Positions 33,646-45,365 of a stretch of 64,000 nt of DNA are shown piece by piece. The position numbers and the translations under genes are program-made. How positions within the stretch are numbered: the stretch's first letter is position 1; each line of letters starts with the position of its first letter. The notes under the pieces were generated by a model. The model made no database searches. It was not told the origin of the DNA and was given only the letters and a program-made list of their open reading frames with translations. Source of the stretch: an uncultured Pelagibacteraceae bacterium (lineage in GTDB: Bacteria > Pseudomonadota > Alphaproteobacteria > Pelagibacterales > Pelagibacteraceae); contig CACCOB010000004.1 in assembly GCA_902547535.1 (NCBI GenBank), positions 10,713 through 74,712 of the forward strand, in the 5' to 3' direction.

Positions 33646-34723
33646 TTATAAATCTTCAGATAAAAAAATTATGAACTTTGCTATAAACATAGCTGAGAAT
33701 AATAAGTATTTTACTGGGACAAATCCATCTGTTGGTTGTGTAATTGTAAAAAATAATAAAATTTTATCTTTCGCAACTACAAACCATGGTGGTAGACCGC
33801 ATGCAGAGAGCATTGCTTTAAATAAAAATAAATATAACAAAGGAACATCACTTTACTCAACACTTGAACCCTGTTCGCATCATGGACAAACACCCCCATG
33901 TACGAATGCAATAATTAAAAATAAAGTTAAGAAAGTTTATTATTCAATTGAGGATAAAGATTTGCGAACTTTTAATAAAACAAAAAAAATCTTAAATTCT
34001 AAAAAAATAGTTGTAGAATCAGGACTTCAAAAAAGGAATTGTAAGAATCTTTACAATGAATATAATTATATTAGATCTAACAAAGCTCCATATATAATTG
34101 GCAAAATTGCTAGTTCATTAAATTTTAATATTTTAAGAAACAATTCTCCAATAACAAATGAACATTCAAGAAATGTTTCACATATTTTAAGATTTCAAAA
34201 TGATGCAATTTTAACTTCATATAAAACAATTAACACCGATAACCCTAAACTCAATTGTAGATTAAATGGATTAGAAAAATTTTCCCCTACTGTAGTAGTA
34301 ATCGATAAGAATTTAAAAATAAAAATTAATTCTTATGTAATTAAAAATTCAAAAAAAAGTAAATTAATTATAATTCACTCCTCTAAAAATATTTCAAAAA
34401 TTAAATTACTAAAAAATAGAGGAGTTAAACTTATTTATCAAAAACTTGAAAATAACTCTAATTTTAATCTTAGAGAAATCACTCAAACACTTTATGATTT
34501 GGAGCTCCACAGACTTTTAATTGAGGCAGGTAAAAATTTAATGACTAATTTTCTTAATGAAAATTTATTAAATGAATTTTACCTTTTTAAAAGCGACAAA
34601 ATAATCTCTAATAGATTTAAAATTAATATATCATCATTAGTAAAAATGATTAATAAAAAATACAAAAATAAGAAAAAAATAAACACATATTTGGATAAAG
34701 ATATACTTACTCACTATTATTAA
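33626..34723 (+). CDS. ribD: riboflavin biosynthesis deaminase/reductase RibD
   Basis: [26 protein letters not shown]; start moved to ATG 33626. Confidence 0.9.
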   Translation: MSLKKDNYKSSDKKIMNFAINIAENNKYFTGTNPSVGCVIVKNNKILSFATTNHGGRPHAESIALNKNKYNKGTSLYSTLEPCSHHGQTPPCTNAIIKNKVKKVYYSIEDKDLRTFNKTKKILNSKKIVVESGLQKRNCKNLYNEYNYIRSNKAPYIIGKIASSLNFNILRNNSPITNEHSRNVSHILRFQNDAILTSYKTINTDNPKLNCRLNGLEKFSPTVVVIDKNLKIKINSYVIKNSKKSKLIIIHSSKNISKIKLLKNRGVKLIYQKLENNSNFNLREITQTLYDLELHRLLIEAGKNLMTNFLNENLLNEFYLFKSDKIISNRFKINISSLVKMINKKYKNKKKINTYLDKDILTHYY

Positions 34724-34724
34724 A

Positions 34725-35318
34725 ATGTTTAATGGAATTATATTTGATAAAGGAACTATTAGTAGTATCAAAAAAAGAGCTAAAGGTGTAAACTTATTTG
34801 TAAAATCATCATTAAAGGTTTCAAATAAAAACCTTGGAATTTCAATTTCTTGTGACGGAGTTTGTCTTACATTAATATCTTATAAAAATAGAATTTTAGA
34901 ATTTTATCTATCAAATGAAACTTTAGCTAAGTCAAAATTCAGAAATATTAAAATTGGTGATGAAATTAATTTAGAAAAACCATTAAAATTCGGTGATAAT
35001 ATTTCGGGTCATATTTGCCAAGGTCACGTTGATACAGTTTGTGCTGTAAAAAATATAAAGAAAGTGGATAAATCAAATATTTTTGAATTTAAAATAACAA
35101 AATCACTTAAGAAGCAATTAGTTGAGAAAGCTTCCATACTTATAAATGGAGTATCACTAACAATCTCTAAAATAAAAAAAAATTCCTTTGAAATATGGAT
35201 TATACCGCACACACTAAAATTAACTAATTTAATTAAACTAAAAAAAAATGACTTAGTTAATGTTGAGATTGATATTATGTCAAAATATGTAAAAAAATTT
35301 ATAAATGAAAAAAAGTAA
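34725..35318 (+). CDS. ribE: riboflavin synthase
   Basis: MFNGII, DGVCLT, GHICQGHVD, NGVSLT. Confidence 0.93.
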   Translation: MFNGIIFDKGTISSIKKRAKGVNLFVKSSLKVSNKNLGISISCDGVCLTLISYKNRILEFYLSNETLAKSKFRNIKIGDEINLEKPLKFGDNISGHICQGHVDTVCAVKNIKKVDKSNIFEFKITKSLKKQLVEKASILINGVSLTISKIKKNSFEIWIIPHTLKLTNLIKLKKNDLVNVEIDIMSKYVKKFINEKK

Positions 35319-36420
35319 TTTCAGTTCAATTGAAAGTATTATTAAGACAGTCAAAAAAAATGGAATGTATATTCTTGTTGATGATGAGAGTAAACACGAA
35401 GAAATGGAAAACGAAGGAGATTTAGTAATTTCCACATCAGCTGTAAATCCTAAACATATTAATTTTATGGCTAAACATGCACGTGGATTAATTTGTTTAG
35501 CAATGGACAGCACGCAGTCAAAAAAAATTGGTTTAACTTTAGCTTCTCCAATAAATCAATCAAGAAGCAAAACTGCTTTTACGTATTCTATAGAAGCTAA
35601 AAAAGGAGTCACAACCGGTATATCAGCTTATGACCGTGCAAAAACAATTAAAGTAGCTTCAAATAAAAACGCAAAAAAAAACGATATTGTTTCACCAGGA
35701 CATGTATTCCCTGTTATAGCTAGAGATGGTGGTGTTCTTGTTAGAGCAGGGCATACCGAGGCTTCAGTTGACATATCAAAGCTTGCAAAGAAAAATAATT
35801 CAGCTGTTATTTGTGAAATTATGGCAGACGATGGAAAAATGGCAACAGGCAAAACATTATTTAATTTTGCAAAAAAACATAAACTTAAAATAGGTAAGAT
35901 AGAAGATTTAATCGCTTATAGGTTAAAAAGAGAAAAACTTATTAAGTTAAAAAAAACTTCCTCAATAATTGTTCAAAAACAAAAATTTAAAATAAAAGTA
36001 TTTGAAAATATACTTGATGGTTCCGAAAACTTTGCACTGATTAAAGGAAACTTAAAGAAAGGAGTTGTTCCAAGATTAAGAGTAATATCATCTAATGTGG
36101 TTCAAAATTACTTAATTAATCAAAAACTGCCAAATTCATTTGATAAAACAATCTCATACTTCAAAAAGTATAATAATTGTGTTCTTGTATTTATAAGAGA
36201 TCCTAATTTAAAATCAGTTACTCAAACACTTAAACAGTACAAAAGTAAAACGTTTTACAAAAAAGGTCATGACAAATTGATCAGAAACTATGGTATAGGG
36301 GCTCAAATAATTAAATCTTTAAATATTAAAAATATGATACTTGTAACTAGATCAAAAAAAAAAGTGATAGGTTTAGATGGTTATGGAATTAAAATTAAAA
36401 AACAGGAAATTATAAAGTGA
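35305..36420 (+). CDS. ribB: DHBP synthase with degenerate GTP cyclohydrolase II-like C-terminal domain
   Basis: ENEGD, TTGISAYDR, PGHVFP, RAGHTEA; C-domain keeps GIGAQI but lacks the Zn-binding Cys motif. Confidence 0.88.
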   Translation: MKKSNFSSIESIIKTVKKNGMYILVDDESKHEEMENEGDLVISTSAVNPKHINFMAKHARGLICLAMDSTQSKKIGLTLASPINQSRSKTAFTYSIEAKKGVTTGISAYDRAKTIKVASNKNAKKNDIVSPGHVFPVIARDGGVLVRAGHTEASVDISKLAKKNNSAVICEIMADDGKMATGKTLFNFAKKHKLKIGKIEDLIAYRLKREKLIKLKKTSSIIVQKQKFKIKVFENILDGSENFALIKGNLKKGVVPRLRVISSNVVQNYLINQKLPNSFDKTISYFKKYNNCVLVFIRDPNLKSVTQTLKQYKSKTFYKKGHDKLIRNYGIGAQIIKSLNIKNMILVTRSKKKVIGLDGYGIKIKKQEIIK

Positions 36421-36803
36421 AAAAAAAAATTCTGATTGTTGTTGCAAATTATTATAAAAATATTGCCATGTCTCTATTAAAAAGTGCAAAAAATAAAATT
36501 AAAAATAAATGTATTATAAAGGTGATTAACGTACCTGGTGCATTTGAGATACCTGTAACAATATCAAAAAATTTAAATAAATTTAATGGTTTCATTGCTT
36601 TAGGATGTGTGATTAAAGGTCAAACACCTCATTTTGATTTTATATCTAAAGCAACTACCGACTCATTGATGACATTATCAATAACATCTAAGAAACCGAT
36701 AGGAAACGGTGTAATTACATGCCTAAACAAAAAACAAGCTATAGCACGTGGTAGAAAAGGTTCAGAGGCTGCAGAAGCAGTTTTATCAGTTCTCTCTCAA
36801 TAA
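36417..36803 (+). CDS. ribH: lumazine synthase
   Basis: VPGAFEIP, LGCVIKGQTPHFDFI. Confidence 0.94.
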   Translation: MKKKILIVVANYYKNIAMSLLKSAKNKIKNKCIIKVINVPGAFEIPVTISKNLNKFNGFIALGCVIKGQTPHFDFISKATTDSLMTLSITSKKPIGNGVITCLNKKQAIARGRKGSEAAEAVLSVLSQ

Positions 36804-36806
36804 ATT

Positions 36807-37211
36807 ATGACAGTTAGATTTTCACCACAAAGAAATCCTAGAGTAATAATAATACAAAAACTTTATGGAAAACTTTTTAATAATGAGGAAAATATAACTT
36901 TTCCAAAACATAGATTTAAAAAGTTTATCAAAGATATCGTGAATGGAACTATTGAGAGAGAGGAGTTAATAAACAAAGAAATCAACAATCATTTAGAACA
37001 AGATTTAAAAATTCAAAATATTGATAAAGTTTTTCAAATTATAATTAAAAGTGCAATTTTTGAATTCTTATACAAACCAAATACTTCAATCAAAATTATA
37101 ATTAATGAATATCTGAAAGCATCAAATTTTTTTATAGACGACTCACAGACCAAATATTTAAATGCATTATTAGATAAGATTTCAAAAAAAATTAGAATAA
37201 CCAATGGATGA
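36807..37211 (+). CDS. nusB: transcription antitermination factor NusB
   Basis: IIINEY, YLNALLD; ribH-nusB-thiL context. Confidence 0.85.
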   Translation: MTVRFSPQRNPRVIIIQKLYGKLFNNEENITFPKHRFKKFIKDIVNGTIEREELINKEINNHLEQDLKIQNIDKVFQIIIKSAIFEFLYKPNTSIKIIINEYLKASNFFIDDSQTKYLNALLDKISKKIRITNG

Positions 37212-38169
37212 GTTTACTTTAATTCAAAAGCACTTTAAAAAATTAACTCATAATAACCCGTCAGCATTAGAACTAAATGATGACGTTTTTTTTGACAAAG
37301 ATAATAATGTTGTTGTTTCCTCAGATACTTACGTTGAAGGTATTCATTTTCTTAATTTTAGAAACCCTGATTTAGTAATAAAAAAAATAGTAAGATCTTC
37401 AATATCAGATTTATATTGTAAGGGTGTAAAACCAAAGTTTATTTTTATTTGTGCAAGTGGGAATAACATATCTTTTTCAAAAAAAAATTTAAAACTTGTT
37501 TATAAAAGTTTAAAACAAGAACAAAAAAAATATAAATTTAAATTATCAGGTGGTGATACAACAAAATCAAATAAAACAACATTCACAATTACAAGTTTAG
37601 GATATTCAAAAAAAATAGTCCAAAGAAATAAATGTAAAAATAATGATGATATTTATGTAACTGGAAATCTTGGTGATAGTTATTTAGGTTTATTACTTTT
37701 AAGAAAAAAGTTATTTTTAAGTAATCCTAAACAAAGAAAATATTTTATTCAAAAATATTATATGCCAGATTTACCAACAAAAATAAGTTTAAAACTAATA
37801 AAATTTGCTAATTCATCAATTGATATATCAGATGGTTTACTAGGTGATTTAACTAAATTAATTAATACAAGTAAGTTATATTTTAGATTAGATCTTAAAA
37901 AGATACCTATTTCATCAAATCTTAATACCTATCTCATCAAAGCGGATAAAAAAAAAATAAATTTTATTTCTAAAGGCGATGATTATCAAATTCTATTTAC
38001 TTCCTCAAAAATCAATAGAAGATATATAAAATCATTATTTAAACAAATGAATCAAAAGGTGACTTTGATAGGAAATTTAACCAATGAAATCAAAAGTAAT
38101 CAAATTATCTCTGACAAAAAGCTTTTAAAACATAGATATAATGAGGGATATACCCATAATTTCTCATGA
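37204..38169 (+). CDS. thiL: thiamine-monophosphate kinase
   Basis: MDEFTLI, EGIHF, GGDT, DISDGL, GDDYQILF. Confidence 0.92.
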   Translation: MDEFTLIQKHFKKLTHNNPSALELNDDVFFDKDNNVVVSSDTYVEGIHFLNFRNPDLVIKKIVRSSISDLYCKGVKPKFIFICASGNNISFSKKNLKLVYKSLKQEQKKYKFKLSGGDTTKSNKTTFTITSLGYSKKIVQRNKCKNNDDIYVTGNLGDSYLGLLLLRKKLFLSNPKQRKYFIQKYYMPDLPTKISLKLIKFANSSIDISDGLLGDLTKLINTSKLYFRLDLKKIPISSNLNTYLIKADKKKINFISKGDDYQILFTSSKINRRYIKSLFKQMNQKVTLIGNLTNEIKSNQIISDKKLLKHRYNEGYTHNFS

Positions 38170-38240
38170 AGTTAAACATTGCGTTTTATATTATTTTTTG
38201 TATTACATTGACACCATAAATATATTTAATAAAGGATCCA

Positions 38241-40346
38241 ATGAACTCAACAACAGAAACAATACTATTATACATCATAGCAGCTGGAATTATATCAATC
38301 ATTTACGGCTTTTTTACAGGTCGAAATATTTTAAACTCAAGTTCTGGTAATGCTAAAATGGTTGAAATAGCATCAGCTATTCAAGTAGGTGCTCAGGCAT
38401 ATTTAAATAGACAATATAAAACTATAGCAATAGTTGGTGTTGTTGTTTTAATTATTATTTCTGTTGCATTTAGTGCTTTAGTAGGCCTAGGTTATTTAAT
38501 TGGAGCTGCATTATCTGGAATAGCAGGCTATGTTGGCATGCTTGTTTCGGTTCAAGCAAATGTAAGAACTGCTGAAGCTTCACGAAAAAGCCTAGCTAAC
38601 GGTTTGTCAATTGCTTTTAAATCAGGAGCTGTAACTGGTATGTTGGTTGCAGGATTAGCCTTGTTGTCAATTGCAGTTTATTATTATTTTCTTGTAAAGA
38701 TTGGTATAGACGAAAGAGAAATAGTTAACGCTTTAGTTGCGCTTGGTTTTGGTGCTTCTTTAATATCTATATTTGCAAGATTAGGTGGAGGAATTTTTAC
38801 AAAAGGTGCAGATGTTGGTGCTGATTTAGTTGGAAAAGTAGAAGCAGGTATACCTGAGGATGATCCAAGAAATCCAGCTGTAATTGCTGACAATGTTGGT
38901 GACAATGTTGGAGATTGTGCAGGTATGGCAGCAGATTTATTTGAAACGTATGCTGTAACAATTGTTGCAACAATGGTTTTGTCATCAATATTTTTTATCG
39001 GAGATTTTAGCATGATGATTTATCCTTTAGCAATTGGTGGTGCATGTATACTTACATCTATTTTAGGAACTTTTTTTGTAACACTTGGAAGTGATAAAAA
39101 TATAATGAAGGCAATGTATAAAGGTTTCGTAATTACAGCTATAAGTTCTCTCGTTATATTGTATCCTATTACAAAATATGTAATTGGTTTTACAACTGAG
39201 TATATTGTAAACGAAAAATCATTTACTGGATTAAGCTTATATTTTTGTGGAATAATAGGTCTTGTTATTACAGGATTAATTATATGGATTACTGAATACT
39301 ATACAGGCACAGATTATAGACCAGTTAAAAGTGTTGCTCAATCATCAACAACAGGTCACGGAACTAATGTCATTCAAGGATTGGCGGTTTCAATGGAAGC
39401 AACTGCTATCCCAGCTTTAATTATTGTTGGTGGAATATTACTAACTAATCATATTGCTGGTTTGTATGGTATTGCAATTGCAGTAACCACAATGCTTGCA
39501 CTTGCAGGTATGGTTGTAGCTTTAGATGCATATGGTCCAGTTACCGATAATGCTGGAGGAATTGCGGAAATGTCTAATCTTCCAAAAAACGTCAGAAAAA
39601 CTACTGATGCATTAGATGCTGTCGGAAATACAACAAAAGCCGTAACAAAAGGTTATGCAATTGGGTCTGCAGGACTTGGAGCTTTAGTTTTATTCGCTGC
39701 ATATACAGAGGATATTAAACATTTTTCTAAAGTTGCTGGTTCAAATTTAGAAGGAATTATCGTTACGTTTGATTTATCTAACCCATTCGTTGTTGTTGGT
39801 TTATTAATTGGTGGAATGCTTCCATATTTATTTGGATCAATGGGTATGCAAGCAGTAGGAAGGGCAGGTGGTGCTGTAGTTATTGAAGTTAGAAGACAGT
39901 TCAAAAAAATACCGGGTATTATGAAGCGTAAAGCTAAACCAGATTATGGAAGACTTGTAGATTTATTAACGAAAGCTGCAATTAAAGAAATGATCATACC
40001 ATCATTGCTTCCAGTTTTATCTCCAATTGTATTATATATTATTATTTTTGCTATTGGAGGTCAGGTTGCTGCTCTTTCTTCTGTAGGAGCCATGCTTTTG
40101 GGTGTTATAATCACAGGTCTTTTTGTTGCAGTTTCTATGACAGCTGGTGGAGGTGCCTGGGATAATGCAAAAAAATATATCGAAGATGGAAAATTTGGAG
40201 GCAAAGGATCAGAAGCTCACAAAGCTGCAGTTACTGGTGATACAGTAGGTGATCCATATAAAGATACCGCCGGACCTGCAGTTAATCCAATGATCAAAAT
40301 TACTAATATAGTAGCATTGTTATTATTAGCTGTAATCGCTGGATAA
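38241..40346 (+). CDS. hppA: membrane-integral ion-translocating pyrophosphatase, predicted K+-independent H+-PPase
   Basis: [44 protein letters not shown]. Confidence 0.95.
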   Translation: MNSTTETILLYIIAAGIISIIYGFFTGRNILNSSSGNAKMVEIASAIQVGAQAYLNRQYKTIAIVGVVVLIIISVAFSALVGLGYLIGAALSGIAGYVGMLVSVQANVRTAEASRKSLANGLSIAFKSGAVTGMLVAGLALLSIAVYYYFLVKIGIDEREIVNALVALGFGASLISIFARLGGGIFTKGADVGADLVGKVEAGIPEDDPRNPAVIADNVGDNVGDCAGMAADLFETYAVTIVATMVLSSIFFIGDFSMMIYPLAIGGACILTSILGTFFVTLGSDKNIMKAMYKGFVITAISSLVILYPITKYVIGFTTEYIVNEKSFTGLSLYFCGIIGLVITGLIIWITEYYTGTDYRPVKSVAQSSTTGHGTNVIQGLAVSMEATAIPALIIVGGILLTNHIAGLYGIAIAVTTMLALAGMVVALDAYGPVTDNAGGIAEMSNLPKNVRKTTDALDAVGNTTKAVTKGYAIGSAGLGALVLFAAYTEDIKHFSKVAGSNLEGIIVTFDLSNPFVVVGLLIGGMLPYLFGSMGMQAVGRAGGAVVIEVRRQFKKIPGIMKRKAKPDYGRLVDLLTKAAIKEMIIPSLLPVLSPIVLYIIIFAIGGQVAALSSVGAMLLGVIITGLFVAVSMTAGGGAWDNAKKYIEDGKFGGKGSEAHKAAVTGDTVGDPYKDTAGPAVNPMIKITNIVALLLLAVIAG

Positions 40347-41315
40347 ATTTAAGGTTTCGTAGTTTTTTAATGAATTGTTCCAAGTGGTTAACCAATCTTC
40401 ATTATTTACAACCGGTACATGTCTTGAAATATGATGGGATAAAGAACCAATGGGTGCAATACAATTAACATTTTTATAAATATCATGTAATGGTCTCTCA
40501 AATGGATCGTTAATTTGAGTGCCAACGAGTCTAAATAAACTATTGTACCTGTTAAAAATTTCTTTAGAAAACATAAATGTTAATAAAGTTTCACCAACAT
40601 TTCTCCATTTATAATTATTACCAAGATGCAAAGTTGTAGCATATGAAGAATCATAAAAAAATGGGTAATCTGAAGGACACATTACAACATCTTCTTTTAG
40701 TAATGAAGAAATTCTTGAATAACTTAATATCATTTCTTCAACACAATTAGTCTCAAAAAGATAATCATCTTCAATAAAAAAGATTATATCTTCTGAGTTT
40801 AAGGCTTGATCACAGCACTCTAAATATGATCCACGATTTCCCTTAATTTTACTTTTAAAAAAAGAAACATTTATATAGTTGGATTCTGCAATTTTAGATA
40901 AATGATTATCAAAATCTGAATTTGAATTATCACCAATTAAGTTTAATGAAACTTCAAAGTTTTTATCTCTTACAAAATTTAAAATTGATTCTTTAAGACT
41001 TAATAAGCAAATTGATATTAATTTTTCTTTTTTAACATTTTGGATTATTCTTTTTGCACTTTTTGATGAATTCCAAAGAAAATTCTGTGGTGAATATCTA
41101 TAATAAATATCTAGTTTTTTAATTTTTCTTGATAAATTAAGATAACCACGGGAAAAGTTGAGAGATCTCTCGTTAAACTTAATAATATTTTTTTTATAAT
41201 TGTCATAGTTTGGATTTACCAAATTTAAAGTCTCTTTATCATATGCATAAACATTTAATAATTTTAATAAGATCCTTTTGAATTTTGATTGCTTTAATAA
41301 CTTTCTTTTGAACAT
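40326..41315 (-). CDS. putative glycosyltransferase (GT-A-like)
   Basis: FFIEDDY acidic motif typical of GT-A enzymes; located in glycosyltransferase cluster. Confidence 0.55.
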   Translation of the reverse strand: MFKRKLLKQSKFKRILLKLLNVYAYDKETLNLVNPNYDNYKKNIIKFNERSLNFSRGYLNLSRKIKKLDIYYRYSPQNFLWNSSKSAKRIIQNVKKEKLISICLLSLKESILNFVRDKNFEVSLNLIGDNSNSDFDNHLSKIAESNYINVSFFKSKIKGNRGSYLECCDQALNSEDIIFFIEDDYLFETNCVEEMILSYSRISSLLKEDVVMCPSDYPFFYDSSYATTLHLGNNYKWRNVGETLLTFMFSKEIFNRYNSLFRLVGTQINDPFERPLHDIYKNVNCIAPIGSLSHHISRHVPVVNNEDWLTTWNNSLKNYETLNLSSDYS

Positions 41316-41341
41316 GAAAATTTATATAAAATTAATTATAT

Positions 41342-41611
41342 ATGACATTTTATGTATATTTAATTTGCTCAAAAAACAATAATAATCGCTTAATTAGTTA
41401 CGTGGGGTATACAAACAACCTTAATAAAAGAATTTATCTTCATAATAACTCAAAGGGAGCGAAATTTACAAAAGGAAAAAAATGGATACTTCTTTATAAA
41501 AAGAAATTTTTGTTTAAAAATGAGGCAATGAAATATGAATATTATTTAAAAAAAGATAGAGTTAAACGTGAATATTTAAAAAAAAAGTATTACTTATATG
41601 AAAAAACTTAA
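41342..41611 (+). CDS. small GIY-YIG nuclease family protein
   Basis: FYVYLI..SYVGYT..L..R...HN..KGAKFT..E. Confidence 0.88.
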   Translation: MTFYVYLICSKNNNNRLISYVGYTNNLNKRIYLHNNSKGAKFTKGKKWILLYKKKFLFKNEAMKYEYYLKKDRVKREYLKKKYYLYEKT

Positions 41612-42638
41612 GATTTTACATATAACAGATCTTCACTTTAGACACAGCGGTCGACTTTTTTATTCAACCGGAAAAAAATTAAATAATGGTTTTATATTAA
41701 ACGGCCATAATGTTTTGAATATATCGGATAGAGATCTTACTAGTCAGAAAAAAAATATTTTTGATATTGGTTCAAAAAAGTTTTTAACTGAAAAAATTAT
41801 TCAAAATATTGAAAATTTTAAACCAGATTTATTAATACTTGGTCATGTTGATCGACTTGATTATGAGAGTTTTATATCTATTAAAGAAAAGTATAATTCA
41901 ATTAGATTTGCTCAATGGTTTTTAGATCCTTTAAATGTGAATGGACCTGATTTTGAAAAAAATAAGAATAGATTTTTCTTAAAATATCAATTTTGTGACG
42001 CAAATTTTGTAACAACTTCTGTAGATGTATTAAATTTTGCTAACAAAAATAAAACCTTTTTTATTCCTAATCCAATAGATCCTTCAATAGACATTTACAG
42101 AAATTTTAAAAATGATAAAGAGATTGATATGTTCATTGCAATAAGTCATGGACAACATAGAGGAATTTTAAAAAGAGATTTTGTCGATGATCGTGTTAAA
42201 GTTATCGACAAGCTGACTAAAAAAATTAAATACAATATATTTGGATATAAAAATAACCCAGTCTGGGGGCAAAATTTTTTTGATGAATTAAATAAATGTT
42301 CTATGGCTTTAAATATTAGCCGGGGTTATCCAATTAAACATTATTCAAGCGATAGAATCGCATCTTTATTAGGTAATGGACTTTTAACCTTTATTCATCA
42401 AGACTATTCATATCATGACTTTTTTAATAAAAATGAATTAGTAATTTATAAAAATATTTATGATTTAAATAAAAAAATTCTCTTTTTTAAAAAAAACAAA
42501 AAATTATTGAAAAAAATTGCCATGAATGGACATAAAAAAGCACATAATATTTTTAATAATCGTCTGATTAGTGATTTTATAATAAGAAAAACTATGAATA
42601 TGAATATTAATAAAAATTTGAAGTGGATGAATGAATAA
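41598..42638 (+). CDS. glycosyltransferase (GT-B, CgeB-like C-terminus)
   Basis: ALNISRG..YSSDRI..GNG, KIAMNG. Confidence 0.7.
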   Translation: MKKLKILHITDLHFRHSGRLFYSTGKKLNNGFILNGHNVLNISDRDLTSQKKNIFDIGSKKFLTEKIIQNIENFKPDLLILGHVDRLDYESFISIKEKYNSIRFAQWFLDPLNVNGPDFEKNKNRFFLKYQFCDANFVTTSVDVLNFANKNKTFFIPNPIDPSIDIYRNFKNDKEIDMFIAISHGQHRGILKRDFVDDRVKVIDKLTKKIKYNIFGYKNNPVWGQNFFDELNKCSMALNISRGYPIKHYSSDRIASLLGNGLLTFIHQDYSYHDFFNKNELVIYKNIYDLNKKILFFKKNKKLLKKIAMNGHKKAHNIFNNRLISDFIIRKTMNMNINKNLKWMNE

Positions 42639-43614
42639 ATATTTAATTTTTAGAACTGATAGAATAGGGGATTTTATATTTTCAAGAATATTAACAGAAT
42701 CAATTAAAAAAGATAACCCTAACAATAAAATAGATTTTGTTTGTTCTTCATATAATTCTAAATATGTCAAAAATTTCAAAGATATAAGTAATGTTTATAT
42801 TCTTGATAAATATGATTTAGGCTTGATGTTAAAAAATATATTAGCAATCAATAAAAAAAAATATGATTATTTAATTATTCTGGATGGAAAAAGAAGATCG
42901 ATTTTTTTTTCCTTAGTTTTAAAAGCAAAGAAAAAATACGCAATTTTAAAAGACTTTAGACCATATATGATTTTAAAATTTTTTTTTAATAATTATTTTA
43001 TAAATTCTGAAATTAACTCACAATTCAATAATTTTAGCAGTATTATCAATTATTTAAATATTAAAGTTCCTCAATCAATTAATTATTATAATAGTTATAA
43101 ATTTAAGAAAAATAAATTTAATAAATTACCAAAGGATTTTACTTTATTGCATTTAGATGAAAAATGGTTTGAAGGATATTACTATAATGATTTTAGATAT
43201 ATGAATTTAAATAAAATGAATTTTGATAAACTTATTAAAACAATTAAGCTTAAATTTAAAAAAAAAATTGTCCTCACCTCAGGTAAGATTGATACAAAAC
43301 AATTTAATGAAATAAAAAAAAGTTTATTCAAAAATGTCAAAAAAAACATCTTTATTTCAAATAAATATAAAAACGATTTGATCTTTATTGATAACACTGA
43401 TTTTAGAGATTTAGAGTTAATTGTTAATCGCTCTGGTGTAGTTGTATGTTGCGAAGGCGCAATAAGTCATGTTTCAAATGCTTTAAATAAAAAAACTTAC
43501 GCACTTATCAATAATTTAAAAACTGCACAATTTTGGACTAATCATATGAAATATTTAAAGCTTATCAAAAGAGATAATATTAATAATGTCTGTAATCAAA
43601 TTTCAAATCTTTAA
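42631..43614 (+). CDS. glycosyltransferase family 9 (LPS heptosyltransferase-like)
   Basis: LIFRTDRIGDFI N-terminus; CEGAISHVS resembles the GT9 DSG..H motif. Confidence 0.75.
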   Translation: MNKYLIFRTDRIGDFIFSRILTESIKKDNPNNKIDFVCSSYNSKYVKNFKDISNVYILDKYDLGLMLKNILAINKKKYDYLIILDGKRRSIFFSLVLKAKKKYAILKDFRPYMILKFFFNNYFINSEINSQFNNFSSIINYLNIKVPQSINYYNSYKFKKNKFNKLPKDFTLLHLDEKWFEGYYYNDFRYMNLNKMNFDKLIKTIKLKFKKKIVLTSGKIDTKQFNEIKKSLFKNVKKNIFISNKYKNDLIFIDNTDFRDLELIVNRSGVVVCCEGAISHVSNALNKKTYALINNLKTAQFWTNHMKYLKLIKRDNINNVCNQISNL

Positions 43615-43617
43615 TAA

Positions 43618-44604
43618 ATGAAAATATGTTTCTTAGACAACACACCATTCTTATACAACTCTAATGATCTAAATTCTTTTAAGTTAAGGGGTGCTGAAAC
43701 AGTGCTAATTAATCTTGCTATATCATTATCTAAGCTTAATTATAAAATAACGATTATCAATAATTGTCCAAAAAATGAAATTATTGATAATATTGAATGG
43801 GTAAACATAAATTATCTAAATGAAAAGTTATACTTTGATTTAGCTATTTCAAATAATGACTGTAGGTTTTTTGATAAAATTATTTCTAAGAAAAAAATCT
43901 TAATATCTCACAGTATTCAGTCATTAGAAAAATTTATTAGAAAAAAACAATTATTTACTTATCACAAATATAAACCAAAAGTAGCCTTGCTAGGAAATTA
44001 TCATTTAAAAAAAAGAAACTTTTTTACGAGAATATATGGTCATTTTATTTTACCATATGGTGTAGATGATATTTTTTTAAAAAAAAAAATTAAAAATGAA
44101 AATCAAATAGATAAAAATCTTGCTATTTTTACTTCAAGAAGAGATAGAAATTTGGACTTGTTAATTAATATTTGGATAAAAAAAATCTATCCTAATCTTA
44201 AAACTGCTAAATTACTAACAACACCTCCAGAAAGTTTTAAAAGTATTAATTCCTATAATATATTAATAAGATCAACTAACGATAGATCTTTCATGATTGA
44301 TGATTTATGTAAATCTAGAGTTTCATTAATTCCAGGTCATAGCGCTGAATTATTTTGTTTGGCTGCAGAGGAGGCGAGAGAGTTGTGTGTTCCAATAATA
44401 ACTTTAGGTATTGGCTCACTTTCAGAGAGAGTTGTTCACAATGAGACTGGTTTTATAGCAAATAATCATGAGGAGTTTGCCAAATATACATATGAAATTT
44501 TTAAAAACGACCATTTGTGGAAACGTTTAAGATCAAATTTAATAAAATTAAGAGGCCAAAAGAATTGGACTTATTCAGCTGAATCTCTATTAAATAATGT
44601 TTAA
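43618..44604 (+). CDS. glycosyltransferase (GT4/GT-B-like)
   Basis: LRGAE N-terminal motif; ELFCLAAEE (E-x7-E); E.V.H.ETGF. Confidence 0.75.
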   Translation: MKICFLDNTPFLYNSNDLNSFKLRGAETVLINLAISLSKLNYKITIINNCPKNEIIDNIEWVNINYLNEKLYFDLAISNNDCRFFDKIISKKKILISHSIQSLEKFIRKKQLFTYHKYKPKVALLGNYHLKKRNFFTRIYGHFILPYGVDDIFLKKKIKNENQIDKNLAIFTSRRDRNLDLLINIWIKKIYPNLKTAKLLTTPPESFKSINSYNILIRSTNDRSFMIDDLCKSRVSLIPGHSAELFCLAAEEARELCVPIITLGIGSLSERVVHNETGFIANNHEEFAKYTYEIFKNDHLWKRLRSNLIKLRGQKNWTYSAESLLNNV

Positions 44605-44609
44605 TATTT

Positions 44610-45365
44610 ATGTATATAATAAATAAAACTTTTGAACGTTTAAGCAGACTTTTTAGATATTTTTTATCTTCTGGTTTTATAATTGACCACAAATATCAAA
44701 ATAAAAATCAAGTTACCAATTCAAATGTTATTTTAGAATTGCTTAAAATAAAAAATTTTAAACCTAAATATATTGTGGATGTTGGGTGTGGGTATGGTCA
44801 ATGGACAAAAAAGCTATTAAATATATATCCTTTTTCAAAGTATTTTTTATATGATGCTGACAAAAATAATATAAAAAATTTGAAAATTTTAAAACAAAAA
44901 CATAATAATTTAAATTATGATATCTGTTTGTTAACAGACAATGATGAATACTATACCTTTTACAATATGGGTTATGGCTCATCTATATTTGAAGAAAATA
45001 CAACGCATCCAAGAAAAAATGAAAAAATTAAGTCAACTACACTCCATAATGTTCTGCCACCTGAAATAATTAATCATAAAAATAATTTAATTAAAATTGA
45101 TGTCCAGGGTGCAGAAATAAAAGTTTTAAATGGTTTAAAAGAATATTTAAAAAATTTCGAAGTTATTATTTTAGAGGTTTCTATACATAATTATAATAAA
45201 GGTTCACCGCTATTTAATGAGGTTTTAAATTTTATGTCTTTAAATGATTATAGATTATATGATATTTTTGATCTAAAAAGGCTTGGTAATAACAAATCTT
45301 TTCTTTTGCAATTTGATTGTGTTTTTGTCAGATCAGATTCAACTTTATTTGATGTTAAATTTTAA
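44610..45365 (+). CDS. FkbM family methyltransferase
   Basis: VDVGCGYG, LIKIDVQGAE. Confidence 0.85.
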   Translation: MYIINKTFERLSRLFRYFLSSGFIIDHKYQNKNQVTNSNVILELLKIKNFKPKYIVDVGCGYGQWTKKLLNIYPFSKYFLYDADKNNIKNLKILKQKHNNLNYDICLLTDNDEYYTFYNMGYGSSIFEENTTHPRKNEKIKSTTLHNVLPPEIINHKNNLIKIDVQGAEIKVLNGLKEYLKNFEVIILEVSIHNYNKGSPLFNEVLNFMSLNDYRLYDIFDLKRLGNNKSFLLQFDCVFVRSDSTLFDVKF

